From an uncultured Candidatus Marinamargulisbacteria bacterium (GTDB taxonomy: Bacteria > Margulisbacteria > Riflemargulisbacteria > GWF2-35-9 > CAYUBI01), in NCBI GenBank assembly GCA_964443005.1, contig CAYUBI010000001.1, positions 2,901 to 66,900 on the forward strand: DNA of 64,000 nucleotides. Direction: 5' to 3'. Made by a program: the position numbers and the translations under genes. Positions 8,712-17,667 of the stretch are shown here, one piece after another. The first letter of the stretch is position 1; every line of letters begins with the position of its first letter. The notes beneath the pieces are model-generated. The model worked only from the letters and a program-made list of their open reading frames with translations. It was not told the origin of the DNA and ran no database searches.

Positions 8712-8788
8712 GCCCTCGTAGCTCAGTTGGATAGAGCAAAGGTTTCCTAAACCTTAGGCCGCACGTTCGATTCGTGTCGGGGGCACCA
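8712..8788 (+). tRNA. tRNA-Arg (anticodon CCU), CCA encoded
   Basis: Manual cloverleaf: acceptor GCCCTCG/CGGGGGC, D-arm GCTCAGTTGGATAGAGC, anticodon stem AAGGT/ACCTT with loop TTCCTAA, T-arm GCACG TTCGATT CGTGT. Confidence 0.7.
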
Positions 8789-9014
8789 AAAAATAATCAA
8801 TCTATTTTAATCAAAAACAATCCAAAATAATAATATTATGAGAAATGACCGTTGATCTGGAACTTCAAAATAAAGCAGATATGATGGTGGTAGTAGAGGT
8901 AAGCAAGAGTAATCCGGCGGAAGTAAACAGAAGTTGACAGGTTCTATTTCTGTTCAAAAAGGAATATAATCTTTATTTAGTATTAGATCGTGTAATATTT
9001 TCAGGAGGTTACAG

Positions 9015-9281
9015 ATGCCAGCAATCAGTATGTTTTTTGGAATAATAATCCGTATGTTTGTTGGAAAAAAAGAACATAATCCTCCACATTTTCATGCATA
9101 TTATCAAGATGCAACATCTACATTTGATATTCGTAAAGGCGAATTAATAGAAGGTAATATTCCTAGGCGACAAATTAAGTTAATTGAGGCTTGGATTGAA
9201 TTACATCAGGATGAATTATTAGCAGATTGGCAATTGACTGAAAATAATGATTTACCTTTTAGTATTGAGCCTTTACGATGA
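9015..9281 (+). CDS. DUF4160 family protein (cassette 4)
   Basis: MPAISMFFGIIIRMFVGKKEHNPPHFHAYYQD... with RBS AGGAGG and the conserved leader upstream. Confidence 0.6.
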   Translation: MPAISMFFGIIIRMFVGKKEHNPPHFHAYYQDATSTFDIRKGELIEGNIPRRQIKLIEAWIELHQDELLADWQLTENNDLPFSIEPLR

Positions 9282-9290
9282 GGAGGTTAT

Positions 9291-9542
9291 ATGTACATTG
9301 GAATTAAGGCTGTAAAACCGTTATCAGATTATAAGTTATTATTGACCTTTAAAAATGATGAAGTTCGCGAATTTGATATGTCTGGGTATTTGAATCGTGG
9401 TATTTTTAAACAGCTACAGGACCAACAACTATTTCGCAGAGTAAGAGTAAATTTTGACTTTCTTGAGTGGCCTAATGGTGCAGACTTTGACCCTGAAGGG
9501 CTTTATGAAGAGAGTCAATCTGTTGTAGTGAAAGTCAATTAG
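9291..9542 (+). CDS. DUF2442 family protein (cassette 4)
   Basis: RBS GAGGAGG. Paralog of 5889..6122. Confidence 0.6.
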   Translation: MYIGIKAVKPLSDYKLLLTFKNDEVREFDMSGYLNRGIFKQLQDQQLFRRVRVNFDFLEWPNGADFDPEGLYEESQSVVVKVN

Positions 9543-9576
9543 GAGTAGCCTTATTGCTCAACCAAGCCAATTTATA

Positions 9577-9764
9577 ATGAAAATCGATTTTAAAAAAAAC
9601 TTGAAAGCCTTTTACTCACCTTCTGCTAAGGACATTTCAGAAGTTGTCATTCCAGCAATGAATTTTCTCATGATTGATTGACGGCTGTTGATTTTGGCGT
9701 CATGCCTCTGGAGGGACTTTGTATGAAAACTATTGTAAGACAGCCTTTTTATCATGTCATCTAA
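9577..9764 (+). pseudogene. GyrI-like small-molecule-binding domain protein remnant (premature stop/frameshift plus internal deletion)
   Basis: MKIDFKKNLKAFYSPSAKDISEVVIPAMNFLMID* matches the GyrI-like N-terminus. A second frame continues DFGVMPLEGLCMKTIVRQPFYHVI*, matching the GyrI-like core (...DYGVMPLEGLWW...). About 35 aa between the two pieces are missing. Confidence 0.5.
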
Positions 9765-10064
9765 GGCAAGCCATGTTAAATATATTATTGATCAGATCCA
9801 ATTGGCAGCAAATTTAATTAAAAAGAAACGCAAATATTAGACGTTTAACACAAGCTCCGGATACTGGTCGTTCCACACTATATGATGTTATTATGGATTG
9901 TTATCCAAGGTAGTTAATGTGCTGGGAATTGTCGATCGTGCAGGACAGTCAGTCGTCGATATGCGCTGGCGAAAAGGTCCTTTCGAAGGCGTTCTTATTT
10001 TTCTCAAAATATCATTTCATCAAAAGACAGAACTATTATATAATAAGTAGCATTGCCCTCGCAG

Positions 10065-10141
10065 CTCAGTTGGATAGAGCAAAGGTTTCCTAAACCTTAG
10101 GCCCCACGTTCGATTCGTGTCCGGGACACCAAAAAATAATC
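10065..10141 (+). tRNA. Second tRNA-Arg(CCU)-like copy with two acceptor-stem mismatches (C2-A71, C6-C67), possibly a pseudo-tRNA
   Basis: Near-identical to 8712..8788 including about 30 nt upstream and about 60 nt downstream flanks. The 3' acceptor reads CCGGGAC instead of CGGGGGC. Confidence 0.5.
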
Positions 10142-10246
10142 AATCTATTTTAATCAAAAACAATCCAAAATAATAACATTATGAGCGTATCTGTGAAAAA
10201 CTTACCTCTACATGCTATCATTATGGAAAGGTAGGTTGACGACTCA

Positions 10247-12844
10247 ATGAAAGCTAATACTAACAATAGTAACGCCTCAAATTTTCCTCTTAAATTATTA
10301 GAAATGGCACGAACCGATTCTGATACTGTTTTGAAACAGCTAGGCTCTCAACTCAGCGGTATGAGCGAGAAAGAAACCACGTCTCGATTAAAACAACACG
10401 GAACCAACGAGATTGCCAGAGAAAAGCCTCCATCTGTTTTTAAACGTCTTATCCTCAACATTAGCAATCCATTGGTCATCCTGCTGGTTGTGCTGGGCCT
10501 TGTGTCATATTTAACAGGTGACCTTCGAGCAATGATTGTAATTTTAGTCATGGTTATTTTGGGAATCGTACTGCGCTTTTTTCAAGAGATGCGCGCAGAT
10601 AACGCAGCAGAGAAACTTAAAGCAATGGTTAGTAACACGGCAACAGTAGTGCGCGATGGCCAAGAACAAGAAATCTCTTTAAGTCAATTAGTTCCTGGGG
10701 ATATTGTCCATTTAGCTGCAGGAGATATGGTTCCAGCAGATGTTCGCGTGCTTTCCGCGAAAGATTTATTTCTCAATCAATCATCACTTACAGGCGAAGC
10801 GTTGCCTGTTGAAAAAACAGCGACTTCAGCGTCGTTGGAAATTCAAAACGCGCTCGAACTAAATAATATCTGCTTTATGGGTTCTAACGTCGAAAGTGGA
10901 TCTGCGACTGCTGTTGTCGTCCAAACTGGGAATAAAACCTTCTTTGGCTCACTTGCTGCCAGTATCGTCACCCAGCGTCAATTAACCAGTTTTGACAAAG
11001 GAGTGAATAAGTTCACCTGGTTAATGATTGGTTTCATTTCTATCATGGTTCCAGCTGTTTTTCTTATAAACGGATTAGTTAAACACAATTGGCTGGAAGC
11101 GTTTATGTTCGCGATTGCTGTTGCAGTTGGATTAACTCCAGAAATGCTACCTATGATCGTCACAGTTAATCTATCCAATGGTGCTCTTGTCATGTCTCGC
11201 AAAAAAGTAATTGTCAAACGCTTGAATTCAATCCAAAATTTTGGGGCAATGGATGTGTTGTGTACTGACAAGACAGGCACACTGACTCAAGGTAAGATTA
11301 TTTTGGAAAAACATCTGGATGTCCAAGGTAATCCCAGCGAAAAGGTTTTACATTTTGGTTATCTAAACAGCTTCCATCATACTGGTCTTAAAAACCTTTT
11401 AGACAAAGCAATACTTGACCATGAAGAATTAAAAGAGCACCTAAAAGTTAACGAGAGATATCGAAAAATCGATGAGATACCTTTTGATTTTGTGCGACGA
11501 AGAATGTCTGTTGTCGTAGAAGATGAAACGGGTCTGAATACACTCATTTGTAAAGGGGCAGTAGATGAAGTATTAAACTTGTGCACACAGGTTGAAATTG
11601 ATGGAAAGATCGAACCGGTTCAGCCTGTATTTGATGCCAAACGCCGTCAAATAGCCGATGATTTGAATGCACAGGGTTTTCGGGTGATCGCTCTTGCGTA
11701 TAAACAAATGCCGAATGCAACAGATAAGCCGGTTTACTCTGTTAAAGATGAAGCAGCCTTAACTTTATTAGGTTTTTTGGCTTTTCTTGATCCACCCAAA
11801 GAAACAGCAGCCGAAGCATTAAAAAGGCTTCACGAACTAAACGTAGATGTCAAAATTTTGACTGGTGATAATGAGATCATTACTGCTTATATTTGCAAGC
11901 AAGTTGGGATACCTGTTGAAAACCTTTTAGTGGGTTCTCAAATTGAAGCAATGAGTGATAAAGAATTAGCTGAAGCTGCCCAAACAATCAATATTTTTGC
12001 CAGATTAATCCCAGCACATAAAGAACGAATCATCCGCGCACTCCAAAGCAAACATCATGTGCTAGGCTTTATGGGAGATGGCATAAACGATGCTCCAGCT
12101 TTAAAGGCAGCTGATGTTGGCATTTCTGTTGACAGTGCAGTTGACATTGCAAAAGAATCCTCTGACATCATCCTACTTGAAAACAGTCTACTTGTGCTTG
12201 AGCAAGGGGTCATAGAAGGACGTCGCGTATTTGGCAATATCATTAAATATATTAAAATGGCTGCCAGTTCAAACTTTGGAAACATGTTTAGTGTAGTAGG
12301 AGCGAGTGCCTTTCTGCCGTTTTTGCCAATGTTACCGATCCAAGTACTAACGAACAATCTGTTGTACGACTTTTCTCAAACAACTATTCCTACAGATACA
12401 GTTGATAACGATTGGCTTAAGCAACCTCGCAAATGGGAGATTGGCAAGATTTTACACTTTATTCTATTTATCGGACCCATCAGTTCAATTTTTGATTACC
12501 TGACATTTTTTATAATGCTGTATGTCTTTAATTGCTGGCAGAACCCAGCCTTGTTTCATACGGGCTGGTTTGTCGAGTCACTTTTCACTCAGACGTTAAT
12601 TATTCATATAATCCGCACCAACAAAATTCCGTTTATCGAAAGTCGAGCCAGTTGGCCACTAATAGCTACCTCATTGCTCATCATCGGAGTCGGCGGTTGG
12701 CTGACTGTCTCGCCCTTTGCCAATATGCTTGGTTTTATACCACTACCAATACTTTACTGGTTCTATTTAGCTATTATGATGCTGGGATATGCAATTCTTA
12801 CACAAATAGTGAAGGCTTGGTTCATTCGCAGGTACGGGGAATAA
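10247..12844 (+). CDS. mgtA: Magnesium-importing P-type ATPase
   Basis: DKTGTLT phosphorylation site, GDGINDAPAL hinge, TGES-like LTGEA motif. Ten TM helices and MgtA-type N-terminus. Confidence 0.85.
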   Translation: MKANTNNSNASNFPLKLLEMARTDSDTVLKQLGSQLSGMSEKETTSRLKQHGTNEIAREKPPSVFKRLILNISNPLVILLVVLGLVSYLTGDLRAMIVILVMVILGIVLRFFQEMRADNAAEKLKAMVSNTATVVRDGQEQEISLSQLVPGDIVHLAAGDMVPADVRVLSAKDLFLNQSSLTGEALPVEKTATSASLEIQNALELNNICFMGSNVESGSATAVVVQTGNKTFFGSLAASIVTQRQLTSFDKGVNKFTWLMIGFISIMVPAVFLINGLVKHNWLEAFMFAIAVAVGLTPEMLPMIVTVNLSNGALVMSRKKVIVKRLNSIQNFGAMDVLCTDKTGTLTQGKIILEKHLDVQGNPSEKVLHFGYLNSFHHTGLKNLLDKAILDHEELKEHLKVNERYRKIDEIPFDFVRRRMSVVVEDETGLNTLICKGAVDEVLNLCTQVEIDGKIEPVQPVFDAKRRQIADDLNAQGFRVIALAYKQMPNATDKPVYSVKDEAALTLLGFLAFLDPPKETAAEALKRLHELNVDVKILTGDNEIITAYICKQVGIPVENLLVGSQIEAMSDKELAEAAQTINIFARLIPAHKERIIRALQSKHHVLGFMGDGINDAPALKAADVGISVDSAVDIAKESSDIILLENSLLVLEQGVIEGRRVFGNIIKYIKMAASSNFGNMFSVVGASAFLPFLPMLPIQVLTNNLLYDFSQTTIPTDTVDNDWLKQPRKWEIGKILHFILFIGPISSIFDYLTFFIMLYVFNCWQNPALFHTGWFVESLFTQTLIIHIIRTNKIPFIESRASWPLIATSLLIIGVGGWLTVSPFANMLGFIPLPILYWFYLAIMMLGYAILTQIVKAWFIRRYGE

Positions 12845-13074
12845 TAGACGTAAAGGCCTTGAATGATTTTATATTGCAACTCATTTTTGAAAATCGTGAG
12901 GTTCGACAGTTTGACATGAAGAGTTATTTGCAACGAGGGATTTTCAGAGAACTACAAGATGTTCGACAATTTAATCGTGTTAAAATTAGTTTTGATAGTA
13001 TTGAGTGGCCAAATGGGGCTGCTCTTGATCCAGAACTACTTTATGACGAGAGTAAGTTCATGAGTATACGTTGA
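12838..13074 (+). pseudogene. Orphan DUF2442 homolog with no partner DUF4160 and no canonical start; begins in a +2 frame overlapping the mgtA stop codon
   Basis: GIIDVKALNDFILQLIFENREVRQFDMKSYLQRGIFRELQ...WPNGAALDPELLYDE aligns along its full length to 9291..9542. The only possible start is a TTG at 12859 with a poor RBS. Confidence 0.45.
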
Positions 13075-13208
13075 ATAAAGCGAGAGTACCCTCACAGAAG
13101 CAACACAAAATTTACATATCTATTCATAACAACGTAAACAAAATTTGTAAAAACTAATTATTCAATGCTATCATAGATAAAATTAAGTTAGAAAATTAAG
13201 GAGCTTAT

Positions 13209-15965
13209 ATGAAAAACAAGTGGTTGATTATGTTTATTGCATTTGTGATGTTTGGTATTCCTGCTATCAAAGGACTGTTAACGTTGTATCCAGATTATTT
13301 ATGGTTTAAGGATCTGGGTTATTCCTTAGTTTTTTGGAAAAGTACATTTTCCGGTTATATATTTTGGGCTATTGCAACGCTCATCTTTTTTCTGTTTACG
13401 TGGATTAATATCACAATTGCCCGTCGCGTAAAACGTCATAAGGACAACGTCGAAGTCATAGATAACGATAACTTGTTTGATAAATTCAAACAACAACTAG
13501 GGCTTAACCAAGATATGGATCCAGTGCTTAAGATTCTTCAAAAACCATGGGTCTTAATTATCATTTTACTAGTATTGGCTATGGGAAGTGCCTCTTTATT
13601 TTCGCTAAACTGGGATAAAGTTTATGCATTTTTGAATGCCTCAATCTTTAATCAACAGGATCCATTATTTCATCAAGACATTGGCTTTTACTTTTTTAAA
13701 TTCCCATTTTTCATCATGCTTAAATCGTATTTTACAAGTATGGTAGTCATATCAATCATTGGAGTTTCCTTCTTTTATCTAAATCGTCGAAATATCAAAA
13801 TTGTTAAATGGGACATTTTTGTAGAACGTCATGTCAAAATTCACTTTACCTTTTTGATTAGCCTTTTTCTATTATTAATGGCAGCTGGATATCAGCTAAA
13901 TATGTATAAATTATTATATTCCCGTCATGGAATGATCTTTGGTGCAGGATACACTGACATTTTTGCAACGTTATTTACACTTAAAGTTCTTTTGATTATT
14001 AGTTTAATAATTGTTGGTTTGCTAGGCATCAGTATTTTTGCCAGAGGCGTGAAACTACCCTTAGTTGGAGTATTAATCTTAGTTGCAACAATGATCATAT
14101 TACAAGGAATTTATCCAGGACTAGTGCAGCAGTTTATTGTCAAACCCAACGAAATCACCAAAGAAAAACCGTATATTTTAAATAATATTGAATATACTCG
14201 CAAAGCATATGGGTTAGATAAAATCGTAGCGCAAACATATAAACTCGAACATAATCCAACAGCAGAATTACTTAAACGCAACAGCGATGCACTGGAAAAC
14301 ACACGATTATGGGATCCTCGTCCGCTAAAACAAACATTTTCGCAATTACAATCCATTCGTTTATATTATGATTTTAATGATGTAGATGTAGATCGCTACA
14401 CTATTGACGGAAGATATCGGCAAGTAATGTTAGCAGCACGTGAATTAAACACTGACCAGCTCCCAGATCGTGGACAAAACTGGATTAATCGCCGCTTAAC
14501 ATACACACATGGATATGGCATTACCATGATTCCTGTAAACTCGATTACACCTGAAGGACAACCAGATTTTTTCCTTAAAAATATTCCACCAGAAGGCGTC
14601 ACTGATATTCAAGTTACACGACCCGAAATTTATTATGGAGAAGAAACAAACGGATATGTAATTGCAAACACTAAAAACCCAGAATTCGATTACCCATATG
14701 GTGATAATAATAAATTCACGAAATATCGCGGCAGTACCGGAATTCCCATATCGTCCATGTTTCGAAAACTTTTGTTTGCAATTCAATTTGGTGAAATCAA
14801 AATTCTACTTTCTGAATACATACAAAAAGATAGTAAAATTCTTTTTTACCGAAATATTATGGAACGAGTACAAAAAATAGCACCTTTTTTACGATTTGAC
14901 AGTGACCCTTACATTATTGTATCCAAAGGACGCTTGTACTGGATTCTTGATGCCTACACAGTTAGTGATAAATATCCCTATTCAGATCCATTTAGCAAAG
15001 GCAATTTCAATTACATTCGCAATTCAGTCAAAGTGTTAGTTGATGCTTATAATGGCACTGTAAAGTTCTATATGGTTGAAAAAGAACCCATGATTGAAAC
15101 TTATGCGAAAATTTTCCCAGGCATGTTTAAGCCACTATCTGCAGTTGATCCGGATATTCTTAAGCACTTTAGATATCCTGAAGATTTATTTTCAGTTCAA
15201 GCCATTAAATATGGAACATATCATATGACAGATCCAGTTGTGTTTTATAATCAAGAAGATATGTGGGTTGTACCCAATGAAACCTTTGATGGCAATACTC
15301 AAGCAATGGAACCCTATCATGTTTTACTGCGCATGCAAGGAGAAAAAAAATCAACGTTTCGATTAATGTTACCTTTTTCGCCCTCCAAGAAAAACAATAT
15401 GATTGGTTGGTTATCAGCCAATAGTGATTGGCCAAACCTTGGGAAAATGACTGTATATAAAATGCCAAAAGATGAACTTATTTACGGCCCCATGCAAATT
15501 GAAGCCATGATTGACCAGGACACTGAAATTTCTAAGCAGCTTACTTTATGGAATCAGCAAGGCTCGCGAGTCATCAGAGGTAATTTACTGGTAATTCCCA
15601 TTGAAAACACATTTTTGTATGTTGAACCTATTTATTTGCAAGCAACATCGTCTAAATTTCCAGAACTCAAACGTGTAGTTGTAGCCTATAATAATAAAAT
15701 TGTAATGGAACAAGATTTTCGCACTGCACTGGACCGTATTTTTACTGGAGGCGGAAACTGGTCTTCGTCAGCAGTAGCTGGAGGAAATTCAGTAAAAACC
15801 GATAGTACAAAACCATCTATGCTAACAACAAAAATGCTGATTGAACAAGCCAACACGTATTATCAACAAGCAATTACAGCTCAGCGTCAAGGAAACTGGT
15901 CTGATTACGGAAGGTACATGGACATGATTGGAAAAACAATCAAAACGCTCAAAGAAGGAAAATAA
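13209..15965 (+). CDS. UPF0182 family large membrane protein
   Basis: 918 aa with N-terminal multi-TM region. ILFYRNIMERVQKIAPFLRFDSDPYIIV...YWILDAYTVSDKYPYS is characteristic of the family. Confidence 0.6.
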   Translation: MKNKWLIMFIAFVMFGIPAIKGLLTLYPDYLWFKDLGYSLVFWKSTFSGYIFWAIATLIFFLFTWINITIARRVKRHKDNVEVIDNDNLFDKFKQQLGLNQDMDPVLKILQKPWVLIIILLVLAMGSASLFSLNWDKVYAFLNASIFNQQDPLFHQDIGFYFFKFPFFIMLKSYFTSMVVISIIGVSFFYLNRRNIKIVKWDIFVERHVKIHFTFLISLFLLLMAAGYQLNMYKLLYSRHGMIFGAGYTDIFATLFTLKVLLIISLIIVGLLGISIFARGVKLPLVGVLILVATMIILQGIYPGLVQQFIVKPNEITKEKPYILNNIEYTRKAYGLDKIVAQTYKLEHNPTAELLKRNSDALENTRLWDPRPLKQTFSQLQSIRLYYDFNDVDVDRYTIDGRYRQVMLAARELNTDQLPDRGQNWINRRLTYTHGYGITMIPVNSITPEGQPDFFLKNIPPEGVTDIQVTRPEIYYGEETNGYVIANTKNPEFDYPYGDNNKFTKYRGSTGIPISSMFRKLLFAIQFGEIKILLSEYIQKDSKILFYRNIMERVQKIAPFLRFDSDPYIIVSKGRLYWILDAYTVSDKYPYSDPFSKGNFNYIRNSVKVLVDAYNGTVKFYMVEKEPMIETYAKIFPGMFKPLSAVDPDILKHFRYPEDLFSVQAIKYGTYHMTDPVVFYNQEDMWVVPNETFDGNTQAMEPYHVLLRMQGEKKSTFRLMLPFSPSKKNNMIGWLSANSDWPNLGKMTVYKMPKDELIYGPMQIEAMIDQDTEISKQLTLWNQQGSRVIRGNLLVIPIENTFLYVEPIYLQATSSKFPELKRVVVAYNNKIVMEQDFRTALDRIFTGGGNWSSSAVAGGNSVKTDSTKPSMLTTKMLIEQANTYYQQAITAQRQGNWSDYGRYMDMIGKTIKTLKEGK

Positions 15966-15967
15966 TC

Positions 15968-17665
15968 ATGCGCTATTCAGAACTACTAATTCCAACCTTG
16001 CGGGAAGATCCTACAGAAGCTGAAGTTATTAGTCAAAAATTCTTAGTGCGTGGAGGTTTTATTCGCAAACTCGCATCTGGAATTTATTCGTATTTGCCAC
16101 TTTTTGTACGCGTCATTAAAAAAGTGGAAGCTATTATTCGAGAAGAAATGAATAGTATTAATGCCCAAGAAGTTTTTATGCCTAGCGTAATTCCTGCAGA
16201 ATTATGGCAAGAAAGCGGACGATGGAATATATATGGAAAAGAGCTTCTACGCTTTAAAGACCGTAAAGACCATGATTATATTTACGGACCCACTCATGAA
16301 GAAGTCATTGTAGATATGGTAAGAAGCAATGTCAAAAGTTACAAACAATTGCCATTGCATTTTTATCAAATACAAACCAAATTTCGAGATGAAATTCGCC
16401 CCAGATTCGGACTCATGAGATGCCGTGAATTTACAATGAAAGATGCTTATAGTTTTCATTCTAACCAAAATTGCTTAGAAACAACGTATCAAAAAGTTTA
16501 TAGTGCTTATAGCAAAATTTTTGAACGATGTGGACTAAAATTTCGAGTTGTCAACGCAGACTCTGGTAATATCGGAGGTGCAAAATCACAAGAATTCATG
16601 ATTCTTGCAGAAACAGGAGAAGACGAAATTTTATATTGCTCTACTTGCCAACATGCAGCCAATATAGAAAAAGCTGAAGCGCCAAAGCTAATCAACACTG
16701 GCGATAATGCTCCATTAAAAAAAGTTAACACTCCCAATATTCGATCTATTAATGAATTGACAACTTTTTTTCAAACATCACCGACGACCATGATAAAATC
16801 GTTAGTTTATCGCGCAGATGAACAATTTGTGCTAGCGTGTGTTCGCGGTGATTTTGACGTAAACGAAACAAAACTCAAACGAATTCTCAATGCCGACATC
16901 TTACATTTAGCCCATGAAAATGAAGTTCAAGAACTCCTGGGTGCACCTATCGGATTTGCAGGGCCACTCGATCTTCCAAAAACAATAACCATTATAGCTG
17001 ATGAATCGTTGCGAGGATTAAAAAATGCTATTTCTGGAGCTAATGAGCTTGATAGTCATTTTACTGGAATGTCTATTGAACGCGATTTGAAATGGACAAA
17101 GTTTGAAGATATTCGTTTGGCTAAACCCGGCGAACATTGTCCTGTATGTCAAAAAGGAACATACCAGTCAGAACGAGGCATTGAAGTTGGCCATATTTTT
17201 GAACTAGGAACAAAATATTCTGAAGCAATGAATGCCTTATTTTTAGATGAACAAGGAAACGAGCATCCCTACATTATGGGATGTTACGGTATTGGAGTCG
17301 GTCGAACAATTGCTGCAGCCATTGAACAAAACCATGATGCAAAAGGTATTATTTGGCCTACAGCCATTGCACCGTTTGATATTCTACTATTGGCAGCAAA
17401 TCCCAAAGATGACATACAAGTTACAAAAACAATCGAATTATATGCTCAACTATGTAACGCTGGATTTGACGTACTATGGGATGATCGTGATGAACGTTTT
17501 GGCGTTAAAATGAATGATGCAGAACTAATTGGTATTCCTATTCGCGTAGTTGTTGGACGAGGCATTTCTGAACAAAAAGTTGAAGTTAGCACACGGAAAA
17601 CTTTGCAACGTGAAGAAATATCAATAGAAGGATTGATAACACATTTAAAAGGAGTACAACTATAA
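15968..17665 (+). CDS. proS: Proline--tRNA ligase
   Basis: Class II aaRS motifs and a 565-aa bacterial-type ProRS with editing insertion. Confidence 0.85.
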   Translation: MRYSELLIPTLREDPTEAEVISQKFLVRGGFIRKLASGIYSYLPLFVRVIKKVEAIIREEMNSINAQEVFMPSVIPAELWQESGRWNIYGKELLRFKDRKDHDYIYGPTHEEVIVDMVRSNVKSYKQLPLHFYQIQTKFRDEIRPRFGLMRCREFTMKDAYSFHSNQNCLETTYQKVYSAYSKIFERCGLKFRVVNADSGNIGGAKSQEFMILAETGEDEILYCSTCQHAANIEKAEAPKLINTGDNAPLKKVNTPNIRSINELTTFFQTSPTTMIKSLVYRADEQFVLACVRGDFDVNETKLKRILNADILHLAHENEVQELLGAPIGFAGPLDLPKTITIIADESLRGLKNAISGANELDSHFTGMSIERDLKWTKFEDIRLAKPGEHCPVCQKGTYQSERGIEVGHIFELGTKYSEAMNALFLDEQGNEHPYIMGCYGIGVGRTIAAAIEQNHDAKGIIWPTAIAPFDILLLAANPKDDIQVTKTIELYAQLCNAGFDVLWDDRDERFGVKMNDAELIGIPIRVVVGRGISEQKVEVSTRKTLQREEISIEGLITHLKGVQL

Positions 17666-17667
17666 AA

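Noticed and set aside
5500-9000. Possible CRISPR array, because of repeated elements at 5521, 6884, 8452 and 8896
   Set aside because: The repeats are about 45-160 nt long and irregularly spaced (about 1.4-1.6 kb apart). They include protein-coding sequence and promoter/SD signals. This is not the short, regular repeat-spacer architecture of CRISPR.
10142-10246. Mg2+ riboswitch (M-box) or mgtL-type leader upstream of mgtA
   Set aside because: Only about 105 nt separate the tRNA-like element from the mgtA ATG. No M-box-like conserved stretches or leader ORF with a proline-rich or attenuator pattern were visible.
12532-12837. N-terminal 100 aa of the ORF-track ORF 12532..13074
   Set aside because: It lies entirely inside mgtA in another frame and has no homology to anything. 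Only the part from 12838 onward is a real DUF2442 homolog.
10348-15468. Various antisense ORFs of 60-100 aa inside mgtA, the UPF0182 gene and other genes (for example 10348..10551, 10978..11280, 14111..14356, 15205..15468)
   Set aside because: All lie antisense within strongly supported long genes and have no SD or motifs. They are typical AT-rich spurious ORFs.
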